A stretch of DNA of 34,620 bases from IMG/VR virus record IMGVR_UViG_3300027996_000008; one strand, written 5' to 3'. Positions 8,355-17,701 of this stretch are shown in pieces; the first letter of the stretch is position 1, and every line of letters begins with the position of its first letter. The notes under the pieces are model-generated. The model saw only the letters and a program-made list of their open reading frames with translations. It was not told where the DNA came from and made no database searches. The DNA comes from a virus. Both the position numbers and the translations under genes were made by a program.

Positions 8355-8912
8355 ATGAATTTTATAGAAAAATATTTCAAAGATACAATAGACTATCCAG
8401 ATATAGCAAATTGTGAAATTTTAAAAGATGGTGACTATTATGAATATATTGCACACACATTCCTTAATGGTTTTATAAATTATGTGGAACCACTAAAGGC
8501 ATTTGTTATTGACAGATACAATTTAGTTGGGTCGAAAGTATATGATCCAATGGAAGAGGAAGAAATTTTAACACTACATGTAAATATTGATGAATCTTGG
8601 AAAGATTTAGAATTTAATACCAAAAATTCATTACATCAATATTTAAAAAAGAATGTTGAAAGATTTTCATTTTTCCATACAGATTTAAGAATGTTTCAAG
8701 ATGATGTTATGTTTCTAGGTGAATCAGACGATTATTATTTTGTTTTTCATTTTGATATGGATGTTTCTGATTGTTGTGTAGGAAAATTTAAAAAGAAAAA
8801 TATCAATAAAGAAGAATTGATCATTGATTTTCAAAAATGGTGTCTTGAAGAATCTGAAAATAGAATTTTTGAATTTAAAAAAGAATGGATAAAAGGTTGG
8901 GTTAAATTTTAA
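8355..8912 (+). CDS. Hypothetical early protein (185 aa)
   Basis: AAGGAG RBS and sigma70 promoter; no recognised motif. Confidence 0.7.
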   Translation: MNFIEKYFKDTIDYPDIANCEILKDGDYYEYIAHTFLNGFINYVEPLKAFVIDRYNLVGSKVYDPMEEEEILTLHVNIDESWKDLEFNTKNSLHQYLKKNVERFSFFHTDLRMFQDDVMFLGESDDYYFVFHFDMDVSDCCVGKFKKKNINKEELIIDFQKWCLEESENRIFEFKKEWIKGWVKF

Positions 8913-8938
8913 ATCAGATCAATAACAGGAGAATTAAG

Positions 8939-9049
8939 ATGATACAAGAACATTTAGTCGGAGATATTGATATAAATGAAATTTTTGATAATGAAATTGA
9001 ATTATTAAATAAAAGAAGAAGAAAATTATTAAATGAAATTTTAAACTAA
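8939..9049 (+). CDS. 36-aa hypothetical protein (MIQEHLVGDIDINEIFDNEIELLNKRRRKLLNEILN)
   Basis: Translated by hand; AGGAG RBS; not in the ORF track. Confidence 0.5.
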   Translation: MIQEHLVGDIDINEIFDNEIELLNKRRRKLLNEILN

Positions 9050-9559
9050 CTCAGTCAATGGATACTGATACTGAAAAGATACATCAAATCTAGTAATTTC
9101 ATCTTTAGTTTCTTTTGATAATGAAATTTCTCCAACGGTTGAAGGCCATGCACCAACTAATTTTGTTGTTTGCATAACATTTCCAATTCCATCAAGTTGA
9201 TCTATTTCAATGTTTCCAAAATAAGCTAAATCATTAGCTCTTGTTCCTGAAATAGCGCTTGTCATAACTTCTTCCCATGCTCGCATAGCTCTATATATTT
9301 TTTGATCTGAACTTGAAAGAAAAGTGCATGAAAATTCTGGAAAAACAGGATCACCAGCTATCTTAATTGTGTATCCACCTTCTACGTCAATTTCAATCAC
9401 TCCTGTTTCTACACTTGGAATTGTTGCAACTTCACACCACAACTCACTTTGCGATGCTGCTTCATCTACACCAAGAACCAATGGAAAATTGATTCTACAT
9501 TTAAATCTGTTTGGTCTCAGAAGAGATCCAGCTTTTGTTATCATTTCTTGAACTGACAT
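9041..9559 (-). CDS. gp19: Tail tube protein
   Basis: LRPNRFKC, ATIPSVETG, IKIAGD..F, GAWPSTVGEISLS, FDVSFQYQY; follows the sheath gene; late promoter at 9591-9598. Confidence 0.9.
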   Translation of the reverse strand: MSVQEMITKAGSLLRPNRFKCRINFPLVLGVDEAASQSELWCEVATIPSVETGVIEIDVEGGYTIKIAGDPVFPEFSCTFLSSSDQKIYRAMRAWEEVMTSAISGTRANDLAYFGNIEIDQLDGIGNVMQTTKLVGAWPSTVGEISLSKETKDEITRFDVSFQYQYPLTELV

Positions 9560-9602
9560 TTTATATCTCCATATTAATTATTACTAAATATATTTATAAA
9601 TT

Positions 9603-9626
9603 TGGGTGATATGTTTCAACCACCCA
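9603..9626 (-). other. Hairpin between the sheath and tube genes (terminator or RNA stability element)
   Basis: TGGGTG...CACCCA inverted repeat; weak U-tract. Confidence 0.45.
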
Positions 9627-9632
9627 TTATTT

Positions 9633-11999
9633 TTAACCAACAATATCACTAAAACTGACACCTGATGCAGTCACAATTGCTGTCAATCTAATATATTCAG
9701 CTGCAAGTGCTGGTTTAATATAGAAATCACAAATTATTTCTTTATTTTTTGCTGTAATACCATTATTGTTTGTACTATCACATATGAACAAATATCCAGC
9801 ATCACCATCAATTTTGTTATAAGCGCCTTCTTCACTTCTTTTTGCAAGATATCCAGCATCACAAGCATTTCTAATTAATCTGAAAGTTGCTTCCTCTGGT
9901 GTTTCAGAAATATAATTATCTAATGTTTTAGATAGTGTTTTTAAATCTCTTGTCAAAACATGAACGGCTTGAATTTGAACTAGATCGCTTGCTGCGTTGT
10001 ATCTTGTTTTGTTTCCCCATACAACATTTCCAACACCATCTTTATAGATAATATTATTAATGCCATTTTGATATAAACTAGAAACTTGACTTCCATCACC
10101 TTGTGTAAGATTGTGATAGAGAACACTTGTGTTCCTAAGAGCACCACGAATGTTTCCAAAAGGAGCTTTGAAATCACCATAATTATTAAATGTTTCAATC
10201 ATCAACCCAGAAACATCTCCACTTAAAGGAATATATATTTTCTTTCTATTGTATTTATCCCATATTTGTTTCCAATTATCATAAACAGAAACATATTTAG
10301 AATTGATTCCAACAACACTTGTATCAATATCAGTTATATCAAAATTATCTTCATCAATTGCAGTTTTAGGAAGAACAGAAACAATATAATGTTCTTTAGT
10401 TGAATCAGCCTTTCCTTGAATATATGCAAGAAGGGTATTATAATTAGCTTCTGAATAACTAGCAAAATCATGCAAATCAGTCACAAGGTAAATGTCGTTT
10501 CTTTTATCAGAAAATATTTTATCATATGCATTTTGGCAAGCTGTTAAATCTGGTTGTGTAGATGCACCGTTTGTCAATGCAGTTGCTTGAAAATATCCAT
10601 CAAAATCAGTTATATCTACAGTTCCAGAAGTCGCAGAAACAGATCGAATCCATAGTGATTCATTTTCTAACCAATTATCAATATATTTTGAAACATTTCC
10701 GGATGCAATTGCTGTTGTATCAGTTGAAACTAAATGTGATTCAGTATACACATCATCAACAAGAACAATAATTGCTATTTCATCACTTGCAAGACTAGTT
10801 ACACCGTAATCTGCAGTAATTTGTCCTTCAAATGTGTTAGATCCATCATATGTTGCTGCAGATGAAGTTGCAAATGCACTTGCTGTTCCAACAGTTGTTG
10901 TAAATGCGCTTGCTGTTCCAGATGCACCAAAAGAACCACTTAATGCTTCTGCTTGAAATGTTCCACTAACAGATTTAAGAAAAATATAATTATTTACAGC
11001 ATCTTTCAGATAAACAACACCAGTTGCACTAGAAGTTCCACCTGTTACAGTTTCACCAATTGCAAAATTTGCAACTTCACCAGCACCAACGGTCAGTCTT
11101 GTAAACCCTGAAAAATTAACAACTTCTGCCTGAAATGTACCTGAAACTGATCTAACATAAATTTTATCATTTGTTGTATCCACAAAATATACAATTCCTT
11201 TTGCAGATGAGGTTACACCTGTAACTAGAGTTCCAAGTTCATAATTTTGTGCTTCATCTGATGCAAGTGTTAAAACTGTATGTGCGTTGAAATCTTTAAC
11301 AGAACACATTGCAACAGAAATATCATTACCTCTAGATCCGCAATATGCTCCATATATTAAAGCAACTTGATCTGAGTTAGTAACAATAGAAGTTAATGTT
11401 GTTTCTTCACTACCAAAACTTGCAGCATTATCCAAAGAAACAGCAGGAACAAAAACACCAACAACATCTTTAACAAATATATCATTTCCATTAATATAGT
11501 GAACTTTTCCTACACCAGCATTAGCAGTTGAAGATATATCTCCACCAACAACAAATGCAGATGAATCTGCAACAGTTAATTTTTGAAGTGCGATGTAATC
11601 TAAAGATGGATCTGCTTTATCATCATTTAATTTTCTTGGATATGCAGTTCCATTTTTATCTGTTCCGGTTATATCCCAACTAGCAACATCTTTACCATCA
11701 ACATTAACCATTAAAGAGCTGTTCTTGCTACTTGAATCATCAATTATTGCTCTAACAACTTTAGCTGATCCTTCATAAAATTCCACATATTCAGAAATTT
11801 TCCACCAGCTTGATTGATTTACATTTTCAACTGGTTGACCAAGTTTTGACACAAGATCTTGTTGTGTTGAAATTGTAATTATTTTATTTGCTTCTCCCCA
11901 CTGAGAACCAGTTACAAAAGAAACTGAGCCTGTACCTGCTGGGACTGTTCCAAGACTTTTATCCTGAATTCGTCTGGTAACATTTGGACTTACATTCAT
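9633..11999 (-). CDS. gp18: Tail sheath protein with three inserted beta modules
   Basis: VSPNV, SQWGE, GSRGN, WKQIWDKYN, IPLSGDVSGL, LYQNGIN, WGNKT, ICDSTNN, YIKPALAAEYIRL; likely start 11999 after GGAG; late promoter at 12040-12047. Confidence 0.92.
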   Translation of the reverse strand: MNVSPNVTRRIQDKSLGTVPAGTGSVSFVTGSQWGEANKIITISTQQDLVSKLGQPVENVNQSSWWKISEYVEFYEGSAKVVRAIIDDSSSKNSSLMVNVDGKDVASWDITGTDKNGTAYPRKLNDDKADPSLDYIALQKLTVADSSAFVVGGDISSTANAGVGKVHYINGNDIFVKDVVGVFVPAVSLDNAASFGSEETTLTSIVTNSDQVALIYGAYCGSRGNDISVAMCSVKDFNAHTVLTLASDEAQNYELGTLVTGVTSSAKGIVYFVDTTNDKIYVRSVSGTFQAEVVNFSGFTRLTVGAGEVANFAIGETVTGGTSSATGVVYLKDAVNNYIFLKSVSGTFQAEALSGSFGASGTASAFTTTVGTASAFATSSAATYDGSNTFEGQITADYGVTSLASDEIAIIVLVDDVYTESHLVSTDTTAIASGNVSKYIDNWLENESLWIRSVSATSGTVDITDFDGYFQATALTNGASTQPDLTACQNAYDKIFSDKRNDIYLVTDLHDFASYSEANYNTLLAYIQGKADSTKEHYIVSVLPKTAIDEDNFDITDIDTSVVGINSKYVSVYDNWKQIWDKYNRKKIYIPLSGDVSGLMIETFNNYGDFKAPFGNIRGALRNTSVLYHNLTQGDGSQVSSLYQNGINNIIYKDGVGNVVWGNKTRYNAASDLVQIQAVHVLTRDLKTLSKTLDNYISETPEEATFRLIRNACDAGYLAKRSEEGAYNKIDGDAGYLFICDSTNNNGITAKNKEIICDFYIKPALAAEYIRLTAIVTASGVSFSDIVG

Positions 12000-12060
12000 T
12001 TTTTTCTCCATGTATAAGTTATTAAATATTTTACACTATTATTTATAATTTCAATTAAAA

Positions 12061-15000
12061 TTAAACAGTTTTAACAGTAGCATTAACAATATCAATATTA
12101 ATTTTTGAAATTGGTTTATCAAAACTTTCCCATATAATAACATCTATCAATTTACTATTAACATTATAATCAATTCTATAATCAAAATCTCTTAAATATT
12201 TTTTAACAGAATTTTTAATATCACTCATCTTAGAATCAATAAAGTCTAAAGTTGTTTCATCTGTGAAATTCTCACTAATCATTGTATCTAAAAATTTCAC
12301 TATCTGTTTTTCCATAAACAATTTTATAACCATCAAATTGAAATTTGATAACATTTTTGTTTGATCTGTTTCAGATGTTGTATTTCCATACATATAATAA
12401 TCTGTTCCTTGTCTTTGAATAATATTTTTATAATTATTTTGTAATTCTATTGTTTCATCGTAAGTAAACTCATCAATTGAAAGAATATTTTTTATTGATG
12501 AATTATTTGAACCAATTACATCATAAAAATTTCCATCATTCATTTTTGAAATTAATAGACCAGCAATATCACCAGATACACCATATTCAGTTATTACATC
12601 TGTGTATGGATTTTTTTGTGTTTTAGTGTTAGCAAACATTGTTGCTGTTTCAAATTCATAATCTGTAAAACTAATAGTTGAAGGAATACCTGTTCCAGTT
12701 AATTCAAATGTTATGGTTGGATTGTATGTTAAATTCACATCTCCAGAAAATCTAATAGTTGAAGTTGGAATTACTCTTATATCAAAATCTTGATATTGTC
12801 CAGTTAAAATGTCAAATGTTGTGATTATACTAAGCCATTCTTCATCTTCAGATTTTTTAACTTCAAATCCTGTAGGTGCAACAATTGATGTTATTGTTCT
12901 TGTTGATGTGTCTATGTTTTCAATTCTATATGTTATAGGAGTTGAATATTTATTTACCTGAACATCACCAATAGATCCTTCTGGTTTGACTTCAGCATAT
13001 AAATCAACATCGTTTGTTCCCGAATAACTAATTTCTGATGGAACCGAAAATGTTGCTGTTGAAGAATCATATCTGAAACTTAATTCTTTAGATTGTCTAC
13101 TCCAAAATCCAAATAAATTATTATCACAACATATTCCTTTAGGTGTAATAAATTGATCGTCACCAGATCCACTTGTTCCAATTTTTGAAACATATGATAG
13201 ATTACTTTTAAATCTTTTAACAACTCTATTTAATCCCATATCAGTTGCATATATATGTGTATCATCAACTTCAATAAATCTAATAGTGTCAAATTGACTA
13301 TCTCCTGTTCCATATGATCCATCTTGATCAACATATGATAAATCAGATTTTAGTCTTTTAACTATTCTGGCATTTCCAACATCAGCAACATAAAGATGTG
13401 TTTCATCAACAGCAACACTCAATGGGCCATCTAAATTATTATCTCCTGTTCCTGAAGAGCCGTATTGATCAACATATGATAAATCAGATTTTAGTCTTTT
13501 TACAATTCTATCATTATCATAATCAGCAATATAAATATATAATTCATCAACAGCAACATCTTCTGGTGTGCTAAGATTATCATTTCCAGATCCTGAAGTT
13601 CCATATTTAGCAACATAAGAATTATCACTTTTTAGTCTTTTAACAATTCTATCATTAGTTTGATCTGATATGTATAAGTATTGATTATCAACTGTTATTC
13701 CAATTGGGTCTTCAAATTGATCATCTCCAGATCCTGTTGTTCCATATCTAGACACATAAACTAAATCTTTTGTGAATTTTATATATTCATCTCCTAATTT
13801 ATTTGTTAACCAAATATGTTCATCGTCCGAACACAAACACGGATAAATAAAACCACTATATAGACTTGTAATATCTAATTCATCAACATAACTCATATCT
13901 GAACGTTTTCTTTTAACAATTCTTTTATTTGTTTGATCTAATATATAATAAAAATCAGTTGCTGGTTCAATTTCAAAAGGTCCTGCGTTTCCAGTGTTCC
14001 ATATTGAACCACCATCCTCTGACCACTCAACACCAGAAACACTATTTACAACTGTGAATGTTTCTGAACTTGTGTCGAGATTTTCTGCTGTTATATTTTT
14101 CGTTGCTGAATCAGTCAAATCTAAATCAGGTGAATCTATTATTGGAGTCACATTTTTATCATTTGTTCCAGCAAAATTAATGTATATTTCACTATTAGTT
14201 GAAATTATTTGTGGATCAAGATGACGAAATTTATAAGTTTTTGATGAATCAATTAATCCAATATCTAGAAAATGCCAGGTTGGTGAACTCGTACGACTTA
14301 GCGGCATTAAATAGAGCCTTTCTTGGTTAGGACTTAAGACAATATATGAATAAATACCAGCTGAAATAGTCACACCTTTATTATATGTTGTTGCAGTGTT
14401 GGTTTCAACATCCACATAGTGCCAATTTGTTTGATTTGTTTGTGACCAAGGAGACAGATAAATTCTTTTTGATATCGGGTCATAATAGCCTGCACTATAC
14501 GCAGATGTTACTAAACCGGTGCCCAAGTGGACATACCCACTTACTGTATTTGTTGAGCCTGTTACATAATGCCAAGTTGATTCTGGAGCCTGTTTTGATG
14601 GTACAAAATAGGTTCTATTATTATTGCTGTCAAACACTGTTCCCCAATACGGTTGGTTTATTACTGTTGCACCATGCGTGTATGGAACAATTGCACCTGT
14701 TAGTGTGTTTATGTAATGCCATTGTGTTTGCGGTCCTTGGTCATATGGCGCAAAATAAATTTTATGATTTACTGAATCAAAAGATGCAGTTCCTGCATAA
14801 CTTCTAATCGTTGTTATGCCTGTTCCGTGAGCATAAGCAACAACATTTCCTGTAGTACAATCTATATAATGCCAATTTGAATGCGGCCCCATTCTTAACG
14901 GAACCAGATATATTCTATCTTGATCACTTTCATAACACGCTCCATAATAACCCGACTGCACAACAGTGGCTCCATGTGTGTATCCGTGAATTGTACCGTC

Positions 15001-15774
15001 GCTGCAATCAAGATAATGCCAAGTTGAGTTGGCAGACTGCCCATCAGGTATAAAATAAATCCTATCCTTAATTGGATCGTGTACGGCTCCAGAGTACGCA
15101 TTGGCTGATAAACTACTAGCCCCGTGTGTGTATGTCTGCAAACTACCGTCTGTGCAATCTATATAGTGCCATGTCGGTCGAGTGGATTGCGCATATGGAG
15201 CTAAATAAATTCTATCTAAAGTAGCACAATAACAACCTCCATAATATGCATTGGTCACTAAACCTAAACTTTGTGCATATTCTTTTACCAAATTTGCAGA
15301 TTCTAAGCTAAAACTATCATTTACATCATACCAATTAGATCCTCCATCATCACTCCACTCTACACCAGCAACACTATTTTCAAAAATAATATTTTCCGTT
15401 GATGTATTTTTATTTGCAACAGTTAGATCCTTTGTTTCATCGGATGTAAGATTCATATCAGGAGCATCAATACTTGGTGTAACAACAACAGTATTACTAC
15501 CGTCAATATCAAAAGTTGTATCTGTGTTTGTTGTTGTAACAATATTTGCATTGTGACGGAATTTTAAAGTTTTTGTTCCACCTGCACCTAAACTAAACGC
15601 AATATTATCATTCCAAGTTATACCATTATCACCTGAAACTTCAACACCAGGAATTTTTATGTCTGTTGAAATATATTCACTTATACTAATAGCACTAACA
15701 ACTGCATCAACAACTGCATCACTTGTTAGATCTAATACTACAGCAGAACTTTCACCATTAACTGTTATACTCAT
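12061..15774 (-). CDS. Large virion protein: Ig-like repeats, a 7-repeat WHY propeller, an NHL-type propeller and a C-terminal tail-sheath-like domain
   Basis: Repeats visible in translation; C-terminal GVSGDIAGLL, KNII, MYGNTT, ISEN align with the gp18 C-terminal half. Confidence 0.75.
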   Translation of the reverse strand: MSITVNGESSAVVLDLTSDAVVDAVVSAISISEYISTDIKIPGVEVSGDNGITWNDNIAFSLGAGGTKTLKFRHNANIVTTTNTDTTFDIDGSNTVVVTPSIDAPDMNLTSDETKDLTVANKNTSTENIIFENSVAGVEWSDDGGSNWYDVNDSFSLESANLVKEYAQSLGLVTNAYYGGCYCATLDRIYLAPYAQSTRPTWHYIDCTDGSLQTYTHGASSLSANAYSGAVHDPIKDRIYFIPDGQSANSTWHYLDCSDGTIHGYTHGATVVQSGYYGACYESDQDRIYLVPLRMGPHSNWHYIDCTTGNVVAYAHGTGITTIRSYAGTASFDSVNHKIYFAPYDQGPQTQWHYINTLTGAIVPYTHGATVINQPYWGTVFDSNNNRTYFVPSKQAPESTWHYVTGSTNTVSGYVHLGTGLVTSAYSAGYYDPISKRIYLSPWSQTNQTNWHYVDVETNTATTYNKGVTISAGIYSYIVLSPNQERLYLMPLSRTSSPTWHFLDIGLIDSSKTYKFRHLDPQIISTNSEIYINFAGTNDKNVTPIIDSPDLDLTDSATKNITAENLDTSSETFTVVNSVSGVEWSEDGGSIWNTGNAGPFEIEPATDFYYILDQTNKRIVKRKRSDMSYVDELDITSLYSGFIYPCLCSDDEHIWLTNKLGDEYIKFTKDLVYVSRYGTTGSGDDQFEDPIGITVDNQYLYISDQTNDRIVKRLKSDNSYVAKYGTSGSGNDNLSTPEDVAVDELYIYIADYDNDRIVKRLKSDLSYVDQYGSSGTGDNNLDGPLSVAVDETHLYVADVGNARIVKRLKSDLSYVDQDGSYGTGDSQFDTIRFIEVDDTHIYATDMGLNRVVKRFKSNLSYVSKIGTSGSGDDQFITPKGICCDNNLFGFWSRQSKELSFRYDSSTATFSVPSEISYSGTNDVDLYAEVKPEGSIGDVQVNKYSTPITYRIENIDTSTRTITSIVAPTGFEVKKSEDEEWLSIITTFDILTGQYQDFDIRVIPTSTIRFSGDVNLTYNPTITFELTGTGIPSTISFTDYEFETATMFANTKTQKNPYTDVITEYGVSGDIAGLLISKMNDGNFYDVIGSNNSSIKNILSIDEFTYDETIELQNNYKNIIQRQGTDYYMYGNTTSETDQTKMLSNFNLMVIKLFMEKQIVKFLDTMISENFTDETTLDFIDSKMSDIKNSVKKYLRDFDYRIDYNVNSKLIDVIIWESFDKPISKINIDIVNATVKTV

Positions 15775-15786
15775 ATTTTCACCTAT

Positions 15787-17007
15787 TCAATTTTTTTCAT
15801 TTAATATAATTAAAATTTCTGATCTTTTAGAATTTATATCAATTAATTTATTCAAAATATCATTATCATCTGTTTCACTAAAAATAATATCAAAATCAGC
15901 TTTATAAACATCATTTAAAATATCTAATTGTGTTACTATTTCACCTGAAGATACACTATCACTTACACCAAATGTTAGTGCTAATTCTTGCCATGATCCA
16001 ATCACTTTCAAATCTTTTGTTGCATCAGAATCAGTTGAAACAGCAATTTCAACATTTTCATTTTTGAAAAAATTTAACCAATCGCTTTCATAATCTTCAA
16101 CAAAATTGTCTTGATTAATATCCAAACTCAAAATATTACTTTCCAAAATTTCACCATCTTCTGTTAAAACAAATACAAATTCGTTAATGTTTAAATTTCT
16201 ATCAACCATATCTGACATTTTTGGATTTTCACTCACTTCTGTTGCTTCATCAGTTGAAACGATTGTATTTGTTAAATTATCATCTTCACCAGCAACAAAA
16301 GGAACATTCAATAATTCAACCCAAACCTTTGTTGTTGATCCAGATGTTAAAACTTTCATGATTGTTCCACTTGCACCAGAATCATCACCAGTCAACGTAT
16401 TTCCAACTGTATATGTTCCGATTGGACTTGTATAAGTTAATATTTGATATTCTTGAAAAACTTTCCACTGACTTAAATCATCTAGATAACTAAAAAAAGT
16501 CAATTTAAAATTGTTTCCTCTAGATCCTGCATATTTTGCATAAACATCTAAAATCTGTGTTGTATCATTAAATGTTGGTAGATTCTTTTCACGTTTAAAA
16601 TCATTTAATTTAAAATATATGTTTGATCCTTTATCAGTTGTTGTCCAAGTTCTATATGGATAATCTTCATTTCTATTGTTTAATAGTTGAAAAGCGTGTG
16701 AGGATCCTGTTACACTTGTTAAATAAACTGAAGTGAAAGATTCGGTTGGTTCTTGTTTTGCAACTCTAAAGATTTTTAAATTTTGTGAATATTCAAGAAA
16801 ATTCCACAATTGCATCCATGTGTCTTCATCGTTTGGTGTATCATAGTTACCAAATTTATTGACTAACTCTTTGTTATCTAAAACTAGTGTAGGTAAATTG
16901 ATATTTCCCCATGCAGATTGCATAAATGATAATCCATAAAATAATCCTTCTGTAGTTTCAACTTCATTCACTTTTTTTTGTATTTTAATTTTTGAATAAT
17001 TTATCAT
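15787..17007 (-). CDS. Tail sheath paralog, N-terminal half
   Basis: SAWGN, ELVNKFG, NFLEYSQNLKIFRV, YAKYAGSRGN, ALTFG are collinear with the gp18 N-terminal half; GAAGGA RBS. Confidence 0.75.
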   Translation of the reverse strand: MINYSKIKIQKKVNEVETTEGLFYGLSFMQSAWGNINLPTLVLDNKELVNKFGNYDTPNDEDTWMQLWNFLEYSQNLKIFRVAKQEPTESFTSVYLTSVTGSSHAFQLLNNRNEDYPYRTWTTTDKGSNIYFKLNDFKREKNLPTFNDTTQILDVYAKYAGSRGNNFKLTFFSYLDDLSQWKVFQEYQILTYTSPIGTYTVGNTLTGDDSGASGTIMKVLTSGSTTKVWVELLNVPFVAGEDDNLTNTIVSTDEATEVSENPKMSDMVDRNLNINEFVFVLTEDGEILESNILSLDINQDNFVEDYESDWLNFFKNENVEIAVSTDSDATKDLKVIGSWQELALTFGVSDSVSSGEIVTQLDILNDVYKADFDIIFSETDDNDILNKLIDINSKRSEILIILNEKN

Positions 17008-17032
17008 TTTTTAATTCCTTCAAAATATTTTC

Positions 17033-17061
17033 TTGACTTTATTTATAAATTAATGTATAAT
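17033..17061 (+). promoter_or_regulatory. Sigma70 promoter (+) containing an opposite-strand late promoter (17040-17047)
   Basis: TTGACT-N17-TATAAT; shares CTTGACTTTATTTATAAA with 2177-2194. Confidence 0.75.
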
Positions 17062-17098
17062 AAGTATGTGGAATTTAATTTTCAATGAGGAAAATATT

Positions 17099-17314
17099 AT
17101 GTTTTTAACATATAAAGAAATGATACCCATTAGCAAAAGTAAAATTGTAACAATTAAAAAAATAGAACATTATGAAAATTTTTACATATACTTTCATTGT
17201 GTTAATGGTGAACTATATGATTGGAAATTTAATAAAAAAGAAGAAAGAGATTATGTATATGAAAAAATTATGAATTTTATTTCAAAAATAAGAATTATTA
17301 ATTTTGAAGAATAA
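17099..17314 (+). CDS. Hypothetical early protein
   Basis: GAGG RBS before ATG 17099; sigma70 promoter. Confidence 0.6.
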   Translation: MFLTYKEMIPISKSKIVTIKKIEHYENFYIYFHCVNGELYDWKFNKKEERDYVYEKIMNFISKIRIINFEE

Positions 17315-17328
17315 TATATGGAGCAAAA

Positions 17329-17637
17329 ATGAATTGTAAAAATCTTAAAGAAGATCTTCAAAAAGCTAAAAAAATGTCAGATAGTATGAGTAAACTTTCT
17401 GATTATATTGGAATTGAAACAAAAGTTGGTGAGTTCATGTGTCGAGCTATTGATAATTATATTAATCTTCTAGTGAAACATTATGAAAATAATAATGAAA
17501 ATTCATGGATTAAATGGTTTGTTTTTGAAAATGATTTTGGTCGAGATGATTTGTTGTGTTATATTGAAGGAAAAAAGATTGAAATTAACAATATCAATGA
17601 CTTTGTAAAATTCTTTGAAGAATATATATCAGAATAG
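17329..17637 (+). CDS. Hypothetical phage protein (102 aa)
   Basis: GGAG RBS; WIKWFVFENDFG segment; function unknown. Confidence 0.65.
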   Translation: MNCKNLKEDLQKAKKMSDSMSKLSDYIGIETKVGEFMCRAIDNYINLLVKHYENNNENSWIKWFVFENDFGRDDLLCYIEGKKIEINNINDFVKFFEEYISE

Positions 17638-17701
17638 TGTTTGAGAGTTTCATATTCTTTGATAGTGAAACGAAAATGATTTTTGAATATCAAAGTATAG
17701 G

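Noticed and set aside
13325-13501. DNA direct repeats of about 35 bp in the large virion gene
   Set aside because: Explained by NHL-type protein repeats (RIVKRLKSDLSYVDQ).
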